53,926 bases of DNA from Ignavibacteriota bacterium (GTDB lineage: Bacteria > Bacteroidota > Ignavibacteria > Kapaibacteriales > UBA2268): assembly GCA_016219595.1 (NCBI GenBank), contig JACRLY010000045.1, positions 21,211-75,136 of the forward strand, read 5' to 3'. Both the position numbers and the translations under genes were made by a program. Numbering within the stretch: the stretch's first letter is position 1; every line of letters starts with the position of its first letter. The notes under the pieces are model-generated. The model did no database searches. It was given only the letters and a program-made list of their open reading frames with translations, and had not been told where the DNA came from. Positions 50,282 to 53,926 of the stretch are shown here, piece after piece.

Positions 50282-52777
50282 ATGAATGCCTTCCTTAGGA
50301 TTGACCTTGCTAAAAGGTTGCATATATTCATACTCATATTAATCATCAGTACTTTTTTTGTTATTGGAGGCTATTCATATTTCAGAATTGAAGATAATCA
50401 TATACGTACGGAAAAAAACAGGGAACTTAAAACGATTGCCGAATTGAAGTCAAACCAGATTAGGCATTGGTTCGTAGAAAGAACTGACGATGCCAGGTTC
50501 ATTACAAAATCTCCTCTGATTATTAATACTGTCGAACAATGGTTAAAAAATCCCGGTAACATTACACTAAAGAAGGATTTGAAAAACAGGATGACTTTGG
50601 ATGTTATAATTAATCATTATGAAAATATATTTCTTGTTTCTGACAAAGGAAAATTACTTCTCAGTGCAAAAAATTCGGAAGATATAATTAATGATGCAAC
50701 AAAAGAAAATATAATTACGGCAGTGAAGGTTAATAAAATATCTTTTCCAGGATTTTTCTACAGCACAATCAATGATAAAATTCACTTTGATATAATTGCA
50801 CCTGTAACTGATAGCAGGGGGATTAATATTGCAGCATTTTTATTGAGAATAGACCCCGATGATTACATTTACCCGTTGATTCAATCTATGCCGGTACCGA
50901 GACTGACATCAGAAACAATAATTGTCCGGAAGGAAGGAAATAATGTACTCTATCTCAATGAACTGAAATTCATGAAAAATTCCGCTCTCAAATTAGAGAT
51001 TCCCTTAACCCAAAAAGACCATCCGGCTGTTAAGGCAGTATTAGGTTATAAAGGTTTTGTCGAAGGACATGATTACAGGGGTGTTGAGGTTTTGGCTTAT
51101 GTAAACAATATACCCGGAACTTCATTATTTATTGTTTCAAAAATTGATAAATCTGAAATATATGAGGATTTGTATTTCAGACAGACAACAATTATCGGTT
51201 TGACTTTTTTTCTGATTTTAATCACCGGTCTGGGTTTTTCAATCATTTATAAAACCCGCCAGAAAAAAATATTCCTGGACCTTTATCTGAGTGAAAAGGA
51301 GCTTTGGGAATCACAGGAAGAATTTAAAACCACATTGTACAGTATTGGCGATGCGGTAATCACAACAGATGTTAAAGGATATGTCAACAGGATGAATCCT
51401 GTTGCCGAAATGCTTACAGGTTGGAGAGAAATAGAAGCAAAAGGAAGACCACTCGAAACAGTTTTCAGAATCCTTAGTGAAGAAACCAATTCAGAGGCGG
51501 AAAATCCTGTCATTCAGGTTCTTAGGGAAGGAGTTATTGTTGGATTGGCAAATCATTCTTTACTGATTTCGAAGGATGGTAAAGAATACCCCATAGCGGA
51601 CAGCGTCGCACCTATCAGGAATGAAGACGGAGTGATTATTGGTGTGATACTCGTTTTCCGTGACCAAACCGAAGCACGTAAAGCTCAAAAAATGATAGAA
51701 GAAAGTGAATCATATTTAAAAGAAGCACAACAAATTGCTCATTTAGGTCATTGGCAATTAGACATTGTAAATAATGAATTAAAATGGTCTGATGAAATAT
51801 ACAGGATATTCGGTGTTGAACCGCAGGAATTTGGTGCTTCCTACGAGGCATTTCTGAATTATGTTCATCCTGATGACAGAGATTTTGTAAATGATGAGTA
51901 TACATCGTCGGTCGAAAACAGAACAATTTATGACATATACCACAGAATTGTGCTGAAGGACGGAACCTTAAAATATGTTAATGAGAAGTGTCATACAATT
52001 TACGATGATAAAGGAAAGCCGGTTCATTCGCTTGGGACTGTCCAGGACATAACATTACAAAAAAAGGCAGAAGAAGAATTACAAAAAACTTTGATGGATT
52101 TAAAGCGTTCGAATGAAGAACTCGAACAGTTCGCTTACATTGCATCGCACGACCTCCAGGAACCTTTAAGAATGATATCAAGTTTCACACAACTACTCGA
52201 AAAAAGATATAAAAACAACCTGGATAGTGATGCTTTCGATTATATTAATTTTATTGTCGACGGCGCCCAAAGGATGCAAATGTTGATTAATGACCTTCTC
52301 GAATATTCAAGAGTAGGGTCACGGGTTCATCAATTTAAAATAGTAAATAGCGCTTCAGTACTGAATAAAGTAAAAAATAACCTGCAGCTTGTAATTGAAA
52401 AAAACTCTGCACTTATTACTAACGACACTCTTCCGGTGATTATGGCTGATGAAAATCTGCTGATAAGATTGTTTCAGAATTTAATCGATAATGCAATCAA
52501 ATTTAAAGGTGAAAATGCTCCCCAAATACATATATCATCAGTAGATATGGGAGTGGAATGGAAATTCATGATTAGTGACAATGGAATCGGTTTCAGTAAT
52601 GATTACAGGGATAGGATTTTCATTATTTTCCAGAGACTTCATAATAGGGACGATTATCCCGGAACCGGTATCGGTTTGGCAGTCTCAAAGCGAATTGTCG
52701 AAAAACATGGCGGAAGAATATGGTGTGAATCGGAACCAGGCAAAGGCTCTGTTTTTTATTTCACATTGCACAAATAG
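50282..52777 (+). CDS. Membrane sensor histidine kinase with Cache-like and two PAS domains
   Basis: Two TM helices, PAS x2, H-box ASHDLQEPLR, QNLIDNAIKF, DNGIG, GTGIGLA. Confidence 0.95.
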   Translation: MNAFLRIDLAKRLHIFILILIISTFFVIGGYSYFRIEDNHIRTEKNRELKTIAELKSNQIRHWFVERTDDARFITKSPLIINTVEQWLKNPGNITLKKDLKNRMTLDVIINHYENIFLVSDKGKLLLSAKNSEDIINDATKENIITAVKVNKISFPGFFYSTINDKIHFDIIAPVTDSRGINIAAFLLRIDPDDYIYPLIQSMPVPRLTSETIIVRKEGNNVLYLNELKFMKNSALKLEIPLTQKDHPAVKAVLGYKGFVEGHDYRGVEVLAYVNNIPGTSLFIVSKIDKSEIYEDLYFRQTTIIGLTFFLILITGLGFSIIYKTRQKKIFLDLYLSEKELWESQEEFKTTLYSIGDAVITTDVKGYVNRMNPVAEMLTGWREIEAKGRPLETVFRILSEETNSEAENPVIQVLREGVIVGLANHSLLISKDGKEYPIADSVAPIRNEDGVIIGVILVFRDQTEARKAQKMIEESESYLKEAQQIAHLGHWQLDIVNNELKWSDEIYRIFGVEPQEFGASYEAFLNYVHPDDRDFVNDEYTSSVENRTIYDIYHRIVLKDGTLKYVNEKCHTIYDDKGKPVHSLGTVQDITLQKKAEEELQKTLMDLKRSNEELEQFAYIASHDLQEPLRMISSFTQLLEKRYKNNLDSDAFDYINFIVDGAQRMQMLINDLLEYSRVGSRVHQFKIVNSASVLNKVKNNLQLVIEKNSALITNDTLPVIMADENLLIRLFQNLIDNAIKFKGENAPQIHISSVDMGVEWKFMISDNGIGFSNDYRDRIFIIFQRLHNRDDYPGTGIGLAVSKRIVEKHGGRIWCESEPGKGSVFYFTLHK

Positions 52778-52850
52778 AATTTATTTAAGAAAAATTGATT
52801 TGTAATATTATGATTAATAAATTTTAGCATTCTTATGACAGGAGAATAAA

Positions 52851-53306
52851 ATGGCACACAAAGCAACTATAAGACCGGTTGAAATTTTGCTTGTTGAAGA
52901 CAATCCCGGAGATGCACGATTAGCAATCGAGGCAATGAAAGACTCCAAAATCAAAAACAATTTGATATGGATTAGAGACGGTATTGAAACGATGCAGTAC
53001 CTGAGAAAGGAGATGAATTACTCCGAAGCACAACGTCCTGACCTGATTCTGCTCGATTTGAACATGCCGAGGAAAAACGGAATTGAGATTCTTACAGAAA
53101 TAAAATGGGATGATGAATTAAAGCGTATTCCTGTTGTTATTTTGACAGTATCGAAAGCTGAAGAAGATATTATTAAAACTTATAATCGACATGCAAATTG
53201 TTATGTAACCAAACCTTTGGACCTGGAACAATTTATACATGTGGTGAAGTCAATTGAGGATTTTTGGTTCACAATTGTGAAATTGCCTCCTCAAGGGAAA
53301 AATTAG
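52851..53306 (+). CDS. Single-domain response regulator (Rcp1-like)
   Basis: ILLVEDNPGD, LLDLNMP, ILTVS, HANCYVTKP. Confidence 0.95.
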   Translation: MAHKATIRPVEILLVEDNPGDARLAIEAMKDSKIKNNLIWIRDGIETMQYLRKEMNYSEAQRPDLILLDLNMPRKNGIEILTEIKWDDELKRIPVVILTVSKAEEDIIKTYNRHANCYVTKPLDLEQFIHVVKSIEDFWFTIVKLPPQGKN

Positions 53307-53409
53307 TTTATGATTAATTTAAAGCTCGGAATCTATAGAATGGAAATTAAAAGATTTTCAATTTACAATGCTTGTATAATGGAGAAATAAATTTTAATCA
53401 GGGAATTAT

Positions 53410-53926
53410 ATGAAAATTTTATTCATTGAAGATGAAAAAGGTTATGCATATTTGATACGGGAGTATCTTAAAGAAAGTCCGACTGATATCGATTATGAAC
53501 TTCATCATGTAATGAGTTTAAACAAGGCAATAGCCGAGTTAGACAAACAGCAGTTTGATGTTATTTTAATGGACCTTGGATTGCCTGATAGTTACGGATT
53601 GGCAAGTTTTGAAAAACTGAATCATGTCAATCCTGATATTCCTATTATCATCCTTACAGGTTATGATATTGAAGAAGAATCAATAAAAGCTGTAAGCTTA
53701 GGCGCCCAGGATTACCTTGTTAAAGATAAAATCAATTCCTATATATTAAAGAAATCCCTTAGGTATTCTGTTGAGAGAAAGAAATCGCAGGCAGCTCTGA
53801 AAGAAAGCCAGGAAAAATACAGAATGTTGTTTGAGGATGCAGGCGATTATATTTTTATTCTGAATCCCGACGAAGATAAAGGCTTAATAATTAAAGATGC
53901 TAATATCTCTGCATTTTCCGAGCATG
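53410..53926 (+). CDS. Receiver + PAS signalling protein (partial, runs off right edge)
   Basis: MKILFIEDE...ILMDLGLPDS...GAQDYLVK...ESQEKYRMLFEDAGD; no stop before the window end. Confidence 0.9.
   Translation, partial: MKILFIEDEKGYAYLIREYLKESPTDIDYELHHVMSLNKAIAELDKQQFDVILMDLGLPDSYGLASFEKLNHVNPDIPIIILTGYDIEEESIKAVSLGAQDYLVKDKINSYILKKSLRYSVERKKSQAALKESQEKYRMLFEDAGDYIFILNPDEDKGLIIKDANISAFSEH

Overview
AT-rich bacterial chromosomal segment. T9SS C-terminal sorting domains (QNYPNPFN/YPNP type), a stand-alone atpD-atpC pair, a SprA-like sequence and flhB together point to a flagellated FCB-group organism such as Ignavibacteriota or Kapabacteria (inference). Housekeeping genes are guaB, an M24 peptidase, atpDC, purE, tRNA-Ile(CAT), thrS, uvrD/pcrA, asnA (frameshifted) and acs. 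Accessory loci: (i) three phage-tail-fibre-like secreted proteins without a T9SS signal, two of them directly next to a small 'short beta-module + T9SS CTD' gene, and the tandem pair sharing a conserved ~160-bp leader bounded by a 10-bp inverted repeat that contains the Shine-Dalgarno; (ii) Rrf2 with an in-frame NrfH-NrfA fusion (8 heme motifs) carrying 3' lesions; (iii) an sqr-DUF1641-tusE-dsrE2 sulfur cluster ending in a Cys-rich MerR regulator; (iv) a lipoprotein resembling an internal segment of the T9SS translocon SprA; (v) a PAS kinase/response-regulator cluster running off the right edge. Intergenic spaces hold many REP-like palindromes, a MITE/REPIN-like element and 7-/9-mer microrepeats. 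Several genes show deletion or frameshift scars. All family assignments come from motif recognition by eye; no searches were run.
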